From Malacoraja senta (Eukaryota): a stretch of 64,000 bases of DNA. The stretch covers positions 5,334,001 through 5,398,000 of the forward strand of contig CM075990.1 in the NCBI GenBank assembly GCA_038087875.1, in the 5' to 3' direction. The position numbers and the translations under genes are program-made. The notes beneath the pieces are model-generated. The model worked only from the letters and a program-made list of their open reading frames with translations, was not told the origin of the DNA and made no database searches. Positions 22,790-35,889 of the stretch are shown here, one piece after another. Every line of letters begins with the position of its first letter. The stretch's first letter is position 1.

Positions 22790-23580
22790 AAGCCGCTCCT
22801 CGATGCATGGCCAAAACTACAAAGCCACAAAAGAGGAAGTGGCAAAACATCGAATGTGTGAAGATTTAAGATGAAATCATGACAGTGGCTTTCCCTGTGT
22901 CATCCTTGCATGTGACCAACTTTGTGTAAAATTAAAATCTTGACTTTAAATTGTTGCTTATCTTAGATAATGGATCAGGTCACCCTAGTAAACTTGACGA
23001 TATTATGAAGATGTTAAGGTTGAGTTACTCCAGCTTTGTGTGTCTATATCTTTGGATTAAAACAGCATCTGCAGTTCCTTCCTACACTATTTACCTGCCA
23101 CACAGCTTCATTGCTACTGACTATGGATCGAGGTGGTAGAATCATCAGCTCTATTGTTTAGTTTATATCTTCTATCATCGACGGTGTCGGTAAGACAACA
23201 ATCAGGGAATTTTGGCATACCTGTACTGAACATTGCTGATTAATATAATGAAGCAATGTTGGTACTTAAGAATGGTGTGTGATCAGAAGTGTGGCTGGAA
23301 TGTGACAATAACTTCTAAGGAATTTGCAATATTGACACCAACATGGAAGAAAAGTCAACCCGATCAAGGAAGTTGATGTGGGAAGAGCTGTAGGAGTAGA
23401 TGTGATGGAATTTTCTGAATCCTGCAAAGAAGAATTGTCAAATGAAGACTTAATACAATTAAGAATACAACAACATGAAGAAGAGAGACAAACAATATTA
23501 ACCCTCAAATATTAACAACAGAATGATTGCTAAAAATTCTTTACGTTATTGAAAACGCAACAGAAATTTTCAAGGATGAT
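22790..23580 (+). mobile_element. Decayed Tigger/pogo-like DNA transposase remnant
   Basis: LLILDNGSGHP (compare LLILDNAPGHP in the Tigger DDE domain) and EELSNEDLIQL, with many stops and frameshifts. Confidence 0.65.
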
Positions 23581-23589
23581 CATGGGCAG

Positions 23590-24340
23590 AGAACGCAGTT
23601 CTAAACCCTTGCAAGGATGCATTCTCAGCGCCCTACTATATTCCCTACATGACCGTGCAGCCAAAACCTTCTCTAACTTCATCTGCAAGTTTGCAGGTGA
23701 CACCATTGTGGCGGGTTGGATCACAGATGCTGATGAGAATGAGTACAGGAAAGAGGAAGAGAACTCATGGGTTAGGAGGACAACAACATCATTCTCAATG
23801 CCAGCAAGATGAAGGAGCTAGTTATTGACTTCAGGAAGTGTGATGCAGTGCATGCCCCAGTCAGCATCAATGGTGCCGGAGTAGAAATGGTTGAGAGCTT
23901 CAAGATCCCAGACAGAAATATCATCAACAATGTCCTGGACCAGTCACATTGAAGCTACAGCCAAAAAGGCACACCAATGTGTCTACTGAGGAAATTCGGC
24001 ATGTCTCCTGCAACTCCTACTAACTTCTACCAATGCAGTGGAGAAAACATACTGCCAGGTTGGATCACAGCTTGGTTTGGGAACAGCTCTGCCCAAGAAA
24101 GCAAGGGAGCTGTGGATGTACCCAGTCCAGCACCCAGACCAGACTCCCCACCATTGACTCCATCTATATTTTATGCTCTCTTGGGAATGCAGCCAACACA
24201 ATCAATGACCTTTCCCACTCCATCCATTCCTTCTTTTGACCCGTCCCATTGGGCAGAAGATACAAAAGGTTGAAAGCGTGTACCACCAGACTCTGAAATA
24301 GCTTTTTTCCCCCTGTTGTCAGATTTCTGAACTATCCTTC
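23590..24340 (+). mobile_element. Rex1/Babar (L2-related) LINE RT and 3' fragment
   Basis: QGCILSALLYSL...KFAGDTIVAGWI (RT core) and LRKFGMS...ENILPGWITAWFGN. Confidence 0.75.
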
Positions 24341-25399
24341 CATAAGCCAGGTGCAGACCCGATTTTCTAACCTACCTCATTGCGGACATTGGAGTTTTTC
24401 CCGGGAACTGTTTCGCTAAAATGTGAAGAACTATATTCTGCACTCTGGTATATTTATTTTTGCTTTACTAATTGTAATTGTGTTTGGCTTGATTGTATTC
24501 ACATATAGAGTTATTTTATTTGACTAGATAATAATAATAATAATGAATTTTATTTACGGGCGCCTTATACCGAGGTCTCAAGGACACCTTACAGAGATTT
24601 ATAGGAAACATATAATCAGAATTTAAAAAAATAAGTTATAAAGACCAATACACAAATCAGGGACAGAATTCCTTCCAAAAACACAAAAAATAAAATCAGA
24701 AGCACAATTTGAGGTAGGGAGATAGGGAGCAAACAAAAACTGGCACTGTCTTTTGGAGCGTGTGATGGTAACAAACCAAAATTTTAACCGAAATAGTGTG
24801 AGTTGAGGCCAAGATCACATTAGCCATGATCTCAATGAATTGTAGATCAGTTTTTCAGGATCTATCCCTGTTATACGTTTTTACAGAGATGATACTATTG
24901 TGCGAGAAGTTCCAGAAAAGGGAGAATTGCAGTTGTTGAAATTCATGACAATAAAATCTCCACTACCCCACCCACTCACTGCTACAAATAATATTCACAG
25001 TGATAGTTGTGAAGCTTAACTTAATTTTATATTTAGAAACATATTTACATGGAAAGCCGACACAAATTCAACAATCGATACCAATAGGGTGTGAAGTCTT
25101 CACAAGAAATGTCGTTATGGGCATCATGGGCAAGGTAATGGCCAATGGGCAAACAGCAGCTTATACCCCAGCGGTATGATTATTGACTTCTCTAACTTCA
25201 AGTAACCTTTGTTTTCCCTCTCTCTCCATCCCTCCCCCCTTCCCTGTTCTCCGACCAGTCTGACTGCCCCACTGATTACATCGTATCTCTGTTTGCTTTG
25301 TTTTCACCTTCCCCCAGCTAAAAATGATCTATTCTACATTTTCCTTTGACTTCATCTCTTTTGATCTCTTACACTTCCTTAATCTCTGTAGCTCCCTCT

Positions 25400-25925
25400 C
25401 CTCAACTTCTCCTAAACTTCTACAGGTGCACGGTAGAGAGCATTCTGACTGGTTGCATCGTGGCCTGGTTCGGCAACTTGAACGTCCAGGAGCGAAAAAG
25501 ACTACAAAAAGTTGTGACCACTGCCCAGTCCATCACCGGCTCTGACCTCCCCACCGTCGAAGGGATCTATCGTAGTCGTTGCCTCAAAAAGGCAGCCAAA
25601 ATCATCAAGGACCCAACACCATCCTGGCCACACACTCATCTCACCATTGCCATCATGAAGAAGGTACAGGAGCCTGAAAACTGTAACGTCCAGGCCATCA
25701 GGCTATTAAACACAACAAATTATACAACAAATAAGCTCTGAGCTCTGAACTGCAAAAGACTTATTATTGCACTATATTTGTTATTTATTGAACATTTTCT
25801 ATTTTTCCACTTCTCCTGTTATGTACAATGTTTACATATTCACATATTCTGTTGTGCTGCAGCAAGTAAGAATTTCATTGTCCCACCCGGGACATATGAC
25901 AATAAAACGCTCTTGACACTTGACT
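25400..25925 (+). mobile_element. Rex1/Babar-like LINE 3' end
   Basis: NFYRCTVESILTGCIVAWFGN...RSRCLKKAAKIIKDP, followed by a 3' UTR ending aataaa-ctcttgac repeats. Confidence 0.8.
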
Positions 25926-26416
25926 CGAACGTTCAGTCGGAAGAATGGTTTCGACCCGAAAGGTCACCCACTCTTTCTACCCATAGAATGCTGCCTGTCC
26001 CGCTGGGTTACTCTAGTGTTTAGTGTCGATCGTTACAGAAAAGGTCTATTGATTGTGTGCTTTGGACACTCACAAGTTTGGAGGGACTGTGCTAGGATAG
26101 AATATGGAGGTACAGGCAATCATATTTGGGATCACAATTTCCACCAGCTCTTTTAGTAAGACTCTTCAACTTGGTACCCAACTTCACGTCCTTTTTGACT
26201 ATTCTTGGATCCAAGCCTGCAATACCCATGATAATAGACAGCAACGGGCCCTCCTCCTAACCCAATATGATCCTGATATTAAATACTCAGCATCTAAACA
26301 ATGCCACAGTGAATGCATTATCAAGATTATTTTATAAAAACACTGGTAAGAATATACAGTGCATGTACATCTCTGGAGTGAAGGAATGGGTGAGGTTTTG
26401 GGTCAAGACCCAAAGT

Positions 26417-26444
26417 CTGAAGAAGGGTCTCGACCCGAAACGTC
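26417..26444 (+). ncRNA. Minimal hammerhead ribozyme-like motif within a Penelope fold-back element (26370-26545)
   Basis: CTGAAGA-A-GGGT(CTCG)ACCC-GAAAC-GTC. Confidence 0.65.
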
Positions 26445-26739
26445 ACCCATTCCTTCTCTCCAGAGATGCTGCCTGTCCCGCTGAGTTACTCCAGCTTTTT
26501 GTGCCTATCTTCAGTTTAAACCAGCATCTGCAGTTCCTTCCTAAGCATTCAGTACACGTGCGATGAGTATAATTTCCTTGCAACAGAAATGGGGGGAGTA
26601 AAATGATGCAAAATGAACCAGCAACAAAGCCAGCAAATGAGTACAGTTTGAGTGGGTGGACTAATTCAACAGATTTCAAATAAAAATCTAAAGTCTTTCA
26701 CACATCCACAAATTATCCACTCATTCAAGATGCATCAAA

Positions 26740-27320
26740 GATAGACACAAAATGTTGGAGTAACTCAGCGGGACAGGCAGCATCTCTGGAGAGAAGGAAT
26801 GGGTGATGTTTTGGGTCGAGACCCTTCTTCAGACGAGTTAAGGATAAGGGAAACAAGAGATATAGACGATGATGTAAAGAGATAAATGAATGAAAGCTTT
26901 GCAAAAAAGTAACGATAATTAAGGAAACTGGCCATTGTAAGCTGTTTGTTGGGTGAAAATGAGAAGCTGGTGCGACTTGGGTGGGGTGGGATAAAGAGAG
27001 AGGGAATGCCGGGGCTACCTGAAGTTAGAGAAATCAATACATACTACTGCCCAAGCGAAATATGAGATACTGTTCTTCCAATTTGAGTTTAGCCTCATTC
27101 TGACAATGGAGCAGACCTAGGAGAGAAAGATCTGTGTGGGAATGGGAAGGAGAATGAAAGTGTTTAGCAACCGGGAGATCAGGTAGGTTCAGGCGGACTG
27201 AGCAAAGGTGTTCAGCGAAACGATCGTCCAGTCTGCGTTTGGTCTCGCCAATGTATAAGAGTCCACATCTTGAACAATGGATACAGTAGATGAGGTTGGA
27301 GGAGGTGCAAGTGAAACTAT
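26740..27320 (-). mobile_element. Penelope-like element 3' fragment (GIY-YIG domain)
   Basis: Reverse strand reads like YCIxCSRCGLLYIGETKRRLDDRFAEHL, followed by the family terminal repeat. Confidence 0.85.
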
Positions 27321-27439
27321 GGGGTCACAGAGTAAATATGAAATAAGAAATATGTAGGAAGGAACTGCAGATACTCGCTTTAAACGACCCGCTGAGTCAC
27401 TCCAGCTTTTTGTGTCTATCTTTGAAATAATAAATAGTT

Positions 27440-27970
27440 TCGTTTATTATTGTCACGTGTACTGAAAATAACTCTTGTGACTGAAAAAAACGACTGTGAA
27501 AAACTCTTGTTTGGATGTCATCGTGTCAGAGTAAAGACTATACATGAATACAATCAAGCCATCCACAGTACACAGAAGGGTACAGCATTTAGTACAAGAT
27601 ATAACATTGAGGTCTGATGAAGTCCGATTAAAGATAGTTCAAAGATCTCCAGTGAGGTAGAAGGGAGGTCAGGACCACACTCTAGTTGATAGGAGTACAG
27701 TTCAGTTGCCTGATAACAGCTAAGAAGAAACTATCCCTGAATCTGGAGGTGTGCGTTTTCAAACTTCTGTACCTCTTGGCTGATGGGAGAGGGGGGAAGA
27801 GGGAGTGAACAGGGTGAGACTGGTCCTTGATTATGCTAAGGCAGCATGAAGTGTAGATGGAGTCAATGGAAGGGGGCTGCTTTGTGTGATGGTCTGGGCT
27901 TCGTCCACAACACTGCAATTTCTTGCGGTCTTGAATGGAGCTATTCCCAAACAAGGCTGTGCTGCATCTT
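27440..27970 (-). mobile_element. Rex1/Babar-like LINE 3' end
   Basis: HPVHSLFPPLPSAKRYRSLKTHTSRFRDSFFLAVIRQLN. Confidence 0.75.
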
Positions 27971-28829
27971 AGAAACATAGAAACATAGGAAATAGGTGCA
28001 GGAGGAGGCCATTCGGCCCTTCGAGCCAGCCTTCATTGTGATCATCCCCAATCAATAACCCGTGCCTGCCTTCTCTCCATATCCCTTGATTCCACTAGCC
28101 CTTAGAGCTTGATAAGATACTTTCCAGGGCGCATGTGGAAGTTGGTACGCGTTGTTGGGACATGCCGAACTTTCTGATAAAGCAGAGTAATGTAAAAAGT
28201 CAATCAGGAAGGCGTGGGTGGTTAACATTAAACCAAAGAGATTACCAGATGGACACAGAGAATGATTCCAGAAAAATCTCAAAATCCACTTAAAAATGTG
28301 AAACATTCCCACTGGTTGACAGGAATCTCGAGACCATGACCACTCAAAATTGAGGCAGACCTTTTGTGATGACACTGAGAACCTCAGGTCCATGTGTCAA
28401 GAGCTGATCACCTCTTAATCAAGCCACCCGTCCTGCCAAGCACCTACTGCCCCATTTGTTTCATCCACATTGGCCTCATCAATCGCCTCAGAACCCACAT
28501 GAACTTATGGGAACTTATGGGAGTTCATAAAATCATAAGTTCATAAGCGATTGGAGCAAAATTAGGGTATTCGGCCCATCAAGCCTATTCCATCATTCAA
28601 TCATGGCTGATCTATCTCTCCCTCCTAACTCCATTCTCCTGCCTTATCCCCATAACCCCTGACACCCGTGCTAATCAAGAATCCATCTATCTCTGCCTTA
28701 AATATTTCCTTTGACTTTGCCTTCACAGCCGTCTGTGGCAAAGAATTCCACAGATTCACCACCCTCTGACTAAAGTTATCCTTGAATCTAATGAACGGCT
28801 TAAGAAGAAGCTTCCACAACTCCAAGTCA

Positions 28830-29425
28830 TTCCACTGTCAGAGTGAGGCCCAGCGCAAATTGGAGGAGCAGCACCTCATAGTTCACTAGAGCAGCTAGAT
28901 GCTGGTATGAATATTGAGTAGGAAAGAACTGCAGATGCTGGTTTAAATCGAAGCAGGGTCTCGACCCAAAACGTCACCCATTCCTTCTCTCCAGAAATGC
29001 TGCTGACCTGCTGAGTGACTCCAGCATTTTGTGTCTACCTTTGGTGTGAATATTGACTTCTCTAACTTCAAGTAGCCCTTGCTTTCCCTCTCTCTCCATC
29101 CCTCCCTCTTCCTCGTTTTCCGACCAGTCTGATTGTCCTCCTGATTTAATTTTATTGCAGAAGCTTCATTGTTACCTTATCCTAGCTAACAATGATCTAT
29201 TCTACATTTTCCTTGATCTCTATCCCCTTTGATGTCTCATTTTCACACCTTACACTACCTTATCTCCGTGTCTACCTGACTCTTGACACTCAGTCTGAAG
29301 AAGGGTCTCGACCCGAAACGTCATCCATTCCTCCTATCCAGAGATGCCTCCTGTCCCGCTGAGTTACTCCAGCATTTTGTGTCTATCTTCGGTGTAACCA
29401 GCATCTGCAGTTCCTTCCTACACAT
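28830..29425 (+). mobile_element. Penelope 3' fragment with a nested short terminal-repeat insertion (28915-29042); hammerhead-like motif at 29295-29322
   Basis: QRKLEEQHLI motif; the nested piece is flanked by ggt(a/g)tgaatattga. Confidence 0.8.
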
Positions 29426-29959
29426 TTGCTCTGGGTGCTCTGGATTCCTCCCACAACCCTAAGATGTCTACGTTGGTAGGTGTGTTGACCACTGTAAATT
29501 CCCTTCGCCTGCAGTTAAATAGTCGAGACTGATGGGGAGATGATAGAATATAGGAAAAATGTGATTATGTGGGATTATTGTAAATTGATGATTGGTGCAT
29601 ACTCGGTTGGTCAAAGGGTTCTATGCTGTATGACTCCATGCCTCTCTGTCTCTATCGTGAAATGCTGCCCGGCTCTAAGAAATTCATAATGCATGTGATT
29701 AAGCCTCCAATGGTGCTGCCATGAGATGCTGAACCCTTTCTCTATCATCTGCTGCCCCTGCCATTCACCATCATGCAGTGGTTTGAGAAGCAGATCAGAG
29801 CACACATCAACACCAGCCTCTCAGACTGCCTTGATCCACCACAATCTGCCAGTGCCACAACAAGTTCATGGCAGATGCATTTCCTGTTCTGGTTCTGCAC
29901 TCAACCTTGGAACATCTGGATAACAAGCACACCTAGGTCAAGCTCCTATTTATTGAGTA

Positions 29960-30625
29960 GTAGATCAAGTGGGACCCGTTTTGAGCCACGTTCCCCAACG
30001 CAATAATCCACCATTCCACCCGTTCCCCCAACGCAACCCATTTACACCACTCACCGTTCCCCCAACGCAACCCATTTACCCACCACCCGTTCCCCCAACG
30101 TAACCTGTTCCACCAACGCAATATTCCACCACTCACCCATAGCCCCGGCGGGAGGCCTGGTTCCCCGATGCAACCATTCCCCAACATAAGATTCCACTGG
30201 ACTTAAAAAATTCCAATTGCACTACCCCGGCCTCCCCCGGCACTTCTAATTCTAATTCCACTTCTTCTTGCCCCTCCCCTCCTGTTCAATCACTTGCTGC
30301 CAGGACCACGACTAAGTGTTCTATGATGGCAACATTGTTGCAAATGTCAGGTGGAGGACTGTGAGATCCCAATGTGATGTCATAGCTGCAACTGCCAGCA
30401 CTGAAGTGTTGAAGTGATTATCAAAGTGGATTTAGTAAACTTAAAATTGTGATAACTTGTGAAATAAGTCATCAATCTGAACGAAACGATACAAACAATC
30501 ACAAGTCAATGGTGAGTAAGGTGGTGCAAAAATTTTCGAGCTACTGTGTACCGTTTTGGCGTAGTTCTTTGAGATCGCATGCGCGCAGACAGACAGACGT
30601 CCAAACAAGACGAGAGTTTTAGTAA
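29960..30625 (-). mobile_element. Probable non-autonomous Helitron-like element with an internal 33-35-bp minisatellite
   Basis: Splits a Rex/L2 RT remnant. On the minus strand a (TCTG)n tract lies near the 5' end, and an imperfect hairpin followed by CTAC (CTRR-like) lies at the 3' end. No TSD is evident. Confidence 0.45.
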
Positions 30626-31463
30626 CTCTGATGATGGCTTCACCTTCAACACCATCATTCTAATCAAACTCATCTGCAAACTCCTAGATCTGGTACTCAG
30701 CACCCTGATCCGCAATTGGATCCTTGACTTCCTGATCCATAGACCCATAGACCCATCCTTAGATCCATATCCTGAATCAGTCAAGATAATTCTCAACACC
30801 AGTGCCTGCGTTATCAGGCCCTTACATTGTCTCAAGATGATATTAAACATTACACTGCTGTCTAACTGGAATTGCATCACTCTTCCATTACCAACCGAGA
30901 ATGTCCATTGTTGAAAAGATCTATGATAGATACTTGGCTTCCTCAATTATGTTTACTATTCCATTTCATTTCTTTCTGGGTTCAATATCACGTCAATGTC
31001 ACTCATCATATTTATCTCATAATCAGATGTTCATAAGACCTATAGTCAAGTTGTGCATCATTGTGAACTGACCTTGCCCCATCACACAAACTCTTAATCT
31101 AGTTGGGAGGTTAAAAATAATGCAGCATAATGATTGGTGTCCAATAGATACTTTAATAGTGGTTGTAGAAGTAAAGAAATGTTTAGACCAGTGATAGACC
31201 CTCCTCAGAGAGGTCCCGACCCAAAGCATCACCTATCCATGTTCTCCAGAGATGCTGCCTGACCTGCGGAGTTACTCCAGCACTTTGTGTCTATCTATAA
31301 TATAGGTTGTTTTGGTGGTAAGTAGGGTGTTGTGGTGTTGGTGATGTCATGAGGAGTCAATGGGAAACTTCCAGCCCTCACACTTCCAGTGGGTTGAACA
31401 TGGAGTTACAATGAAATATCCATGTAGACACCGTGACTTTGCCTGAAAATATCCTGTAACACA

Positions 31464-31775
31464 TGGGCGGCCACGGTGGCGCAGCGGTAGAGTTGCTGCC
31501 TTATAGCGCTTGCAGCGCCAGAGACCTGGGTTCGATCCCGACTACGGGTGCTGTCTGTACGGAGTTTGTACGTTCTCCCCGTGATCTCCGAGACCTTCGG
31601 TTTCCTCCCACACTCCAAAGAGGTAAAGGTATGTAGGTTAATTGGCTTGATGTATGTGTAAATTGTCTCTAGTGTGTGTAGGATAGCATTAATGTGCGAG
31701 GATAATGTTGGCATGGACTCGGTGGGACGAAGGGCCTGTTTCTGCGCTGTATCTCCAAACTAAACTAAACTAAAC
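31464..31775 (+). mobile_element. Full-length tRNA-derived V-SINE (HE1-like)
   Basis: A box ggtggcgcagcggta, B box ggttcgatccc, V-domain, HER1-like 3' end and (ctaaa)n tail. Confidence 0.85.
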
Positions 31776-32269
31776 ATGAACTCTGAAGAAGGGTTTCGGC
31801 CCGAAACGTTGCTTATCTCCTTCGCTCCATAGATGCTGCTGCACCCGCTGAGTTTCTCCAGCACTTTTGTCTAAACTAAACATTTGTATGCAATACCTCT
31901 CGATAACTGCCAGGTGGTGTCATAACCACAGTCTGAAGAGTGTTTAATAAATCCCCTACTTCCTGATTTCTTTTTAAAAATAAATTATGCTTGGGATGTG
32001 GTCATTATTATTAAGGCTAACTTTTAATTTCCATCTCGAGTAATCTTTCAGAAGTTGTGGAAATTCTTCTACTTAAACTGCTGCAGTTAGCGTAATGAAG
32101 ATGCACCTATTGTTTTGATAGGTGAAGATTTTTGTGTTTTGGCCAAGCCTTAATGAAAGAATGATCAAATATGTACAATTTGGGAAGGTGTGTGTGGTGT
32201 GGGAAGTAACTCAGAAGTTATTATGTCCCCTGCACCTCTTTCTTCTAGCCTTCTGGAGAAGGATATTGG

Positions 32270-32447
32270 CATAGACACAAAATGCTGGAGTAACTCAGTG
32301 GGACAGGCAGCATCTCTGGAGGAAGGAAATGGTGATGTTTCGGGTCAAGACCCTTTTCAGACTCCAGAAATGCTGCCTGTCCTGAGTTACTCCAGCATTT
32401 TGTGTCTATCTTCAGGTTAAACCAGCATCTGCAGTTCCTTCCTACAC
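32270..32447. mobile_element. Penelope-derived fold-back insertion
   Basis: TSD aaggatattggcat at 32259-32272 and 32448-32461. Confidence 0.85.
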
Positions 32448-32699
32448 AAGGATATTGGCATGTTTGAGCGATAGTATTGTGGTGTCTTACAGCACAGAAA
32501 CAGGCCTTTCATCCCAATTCGCCCATGCCAACCAAGATGCACCATCTAAACATCTCATTTGCCCCGTTTCGCCCATATCCCACTAAACCTTTCCTATCCA
32601 TGTACCTGTCCAAATGTCTTTAAAAATGTCTTTATAGGACTTGCCTCAACTACCTCCTCCTGGTTAGCCTTGGCCTCCAATATACCGACCAACTAATAT

Positions 32700-32899
32700 N
32701 NNNNNNNNNNNNNNNNNNNNNNNNNNNNNNNNNNNNNNNNNNNNNNNNNNNNNNNNNNNNNNNNNNNNNNNNNNNNNNNNNNNNNNNNNNNNNNNNNNNN
32801 NNNNNNNNNNNNNNNNNNNNNNNNNNNNNNNNNNNNNNNNNNNNNNNNNNNNNNNNNNNNNNNNNNNNNNNNNNNNNNNNNNNNNNNNNNNNNNNNNNN
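32700..32899. other. Assembly gap of exactly 200 N
   Basis: Run of N counted directly. A fixed round size indicates a scaffolding join of unknown true length. Confidence 0.99.
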
Positions 32900-33099
32900 A
32901 TGGAAAAAGTCGCCTCTCCGTGGAGGAGGCGACCGAAGCGGTTTCCCCCCTTACCCCCCCCCCCCACACCACCCCCCACACAAGACACACCGAGAAACAT
33001 TAAAAACATGCATTGGGACACACTAAAAAAACAAAAAAATTAGAAAATGACTAACACGCTGCTGGCAGGGCAGCCGGCTCGCAGCGCCCCCAATCGTCC

Positions 33100-33295
33100 A
33101 GCGACAATTTACAGAATCCAATTAACCTACAAAGCCACATGTCGTTGGAATGTGGGAGGAAACCAGGGCACCCGGAGGAAACCCACGTGGTCACAGGGAG
33201 AATGTACAAACTCTGTACAGATAGCACCTGAGGTCAGGATTGAACTCGGGTCTCTGGCGCTGTAAGACAGCAACTCCACCACCGTGCCACGGGGC
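33100..33295 (-). mobile_element. V-SINE 5' part
   Basis: Reverse complement of the tRNA head and V-domain. Confidence 0.75.
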
Positions 33296-33664
33296 CACCT
33301 TTGCTTTAGGTAACTCATTCTTTTTTTCTGTATCAGAACAGAGCATTCTTTGCCTATAATCACAATGGCTCCGTTTTTGTACACACTCTGATCTGCTGAG
33401 CCTGTCCCATAGCCTTGCTATTAAAAGACACACAATGTCTTGTGCTTTATTGATTTATTTGGACACTATTAAAGATGCTCCCTTAGTGCTCTCCCTAGCT
33501 TCTCTGCTACTGAAAAGTTATTTGTTTTCTGTCTCTTTCCTAGTTCTGATAACGGGTCTCAGACCTAAATTGTGGACTTTCCTTTCACACAGATGCTGCC
33601 TGACCCACTGAGTGTGTCCAGCATTTTCTGTTTTTTTACATTTTTATTAATCATTCATTAATGG

Positions 33665-33952
33665 CATGGCACAGTGGCGTAGTGGTAGAGTTGCTGCCTT
33701 ACAGTGCCAGAGACCCGGGTTTGATCCTGACTATGGGTGCTTGTCTGTACGGAGTTTGCACGTTCTCCCCGCGACCTGCGGGATCTCCGGTTTCCTCCCA
33801 CACCCCAAAGACGTACAGGTTTGTAGGTTAATTGGCTTGGTATAATTATAAACTGTCCCTAGTGTGTGTGGGATAGTGTAAGTGTGCGGGGATCTCTGGT
33901 CGGCATGGACACGGTGGGCTGAAAGGCCTGTTTCCTACACTAACCTAAACAA
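33665..33952 (+). mobile_element. V-SINE (HE1-like)
   Basis: tRNA head, V-domain and HER1-like tail. Confidence 0.8.
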
Positions 33953-34379
33953 AACTTGTGCAGAAATAGTGTCCTGATTTCAACACAAACATTGGTGAAA
34001 TTGTAACTTCCTCGTACCACAGAGGCCTAAGGCTTTCTTTATCTTGGAGGTATATTAAAATGAATTTCTTTGTAGCTCACTCCAGAAAGTTTAACTTGGG
34101 ATCCTTGATGCATTAACTCTTTCATAAAGGATTATTCAGCTGCTTTCAGGCTGGTTTGTTAACATGTGACATGACCACATCAAAAGATTACTCAGAATGT
34201 CCTCCGGACTAGTTAATGTTAAATTAATGTTATGAATTCATTTTCTAAGGAACACAATGCCAGTGCTCTGTATCCGGACAACAGGTATGGAGCAGAGACT
34301 TGCCGAATGTTTTGATGGCATTTTTAGAATCTAAATTTGACACTTTATCTAACTCCCTTATTTTGGGTTTCAATTAAAA

Positions 34380-34892
34380 TTGTACGTTGTAAAAATCGGG
34401 AGGAATTGCGGACAGTGAGGAGTGTTGTCAACAGATACAAGGGGATGTAGAACGGCCGCAGAAATGGGCCGAGAGTTGGCAGATGGAGTTTATCCTGAGC
34501 AAGTGTGAGGTGTTGCACCGTGTGAGGTTGAATGGAAGGAGACATTGTACAGTTAATGGCAAGCCCATTAACAGCATTGGTGGGCAGAGGGATCTTGGAG
34601 TCCAAGTTCCACACGGAACAACAACCGGCTCCTCTCCCTGCGCTGTAGAACGGAGCGGTTCAGGAGATCCTTCACCCCTGCAGCCATTAGATTTTACAAT
34701 ACTGACCGCTAGGCTGTATGGGGATGCTTTGCATTTTTAATAGTTAATTATTGAGTCTTTTTAAGTATTTATTGCTTTCAGGTATTGTCCATGTTGTATT
34801 TTATGTTTTTTTGTCTGCTTTCGTTCTGAATGTGTGGGTTTGTTGGTTGTTGGCTTCTGGACATCTGAATTTCCCTGAGGGGATCAATAAAG

Positions 34893-34957
<65 letters not shown>

Positions 34958-35853
34958 GTCAAGATTTAGGCCATTTGGAAGAGTGGGCTGAAAGATGGCA
35001 GATGGAGTTTAATGCTGACAAATGTGAGGTGCTACATCTCGGCAGGACAAATCAAAATAGGACGTACACGGTAAATGGTAGCGAATTGAGGAATGCAGTT
35101 GAACAGAGGGATCTAGGAATAACTGTGCATAGTTCCCTGAAGGTGGAATCTCGTGTAGATAGGGTGGTAAAGAAAGCTTTTGGTGTGCTGGCCTTTATAA
35201 ATCAGAGCATTGAATATAGAAGTTGGGATGTAATGTTAAAATTGTACAAGGCATTGGTGAGGCCAATTCTGGAGTATGGAGTACAATTTTGGTCGCCTAA
35301 TTATAGGAAGGATGTCAACAAAATAGAGAGAGTACAGAGGAGATTTACTAGAATGTTGCCTGGGTTTCAGCAACTAAGTTACAGAGAAAGGTTGAACAAG
35401 TTAGGTCTTTATTCTTTGGAGCGCAGAAGGTTAAGAGGGGACTTGATAGAGGTCTTTAAAATTATGAGCGGGTTAGACAGAGTGGACGTGGATAAGCTTT
35501 TCCCATTGAGAGTAGGGAAGATTCAAACAAGGGGACATGACTTGAGAATTAAGGGACAGAAGTTTAGGGGGAACATTAGGGGGAACTTCTTTACTCAGAG
35601 AGTGGTAGCTGTGTGGAATGAGCTTCCAGTGGAAGTGGTGGAGGCAGGTTCGATGTTATCCTTTAAAAATAGATTGGATGGGTATATGGACGGGAAAGGA
35701 ATGGAGGGTTATGGTCTGAGTGCAGGTAGATGGGACTAGGGGGAAGTATTTATTTTTAATTTAAAAAAAAAATTAAAAAAAATGTTCGGCAAGGACTTGA
35801 AGGGCCGAGATGGCCTGTTTCTGTGCTGTTATGGTTATATGGTTATATGGTTA

Positions 35854-35889
<36 letters not shown>

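Noticed and set aside
31464..31545. tRNA gene
   Set aside because: The A/B boxes belong to the tRNA-derived head of a V-SINE and continue directly into the SINE body.
32650..33021. ORFs spanning the X run
   Set aside because: Artefacts of translating through the N gap.
34975..35739. Longest ORF (254 aa) as a host gene
   Set aside because: It is the C-terminal part of a CR1 LINE ORF2, 5'-truncated and flanked by LINE 3' UTR and tail.
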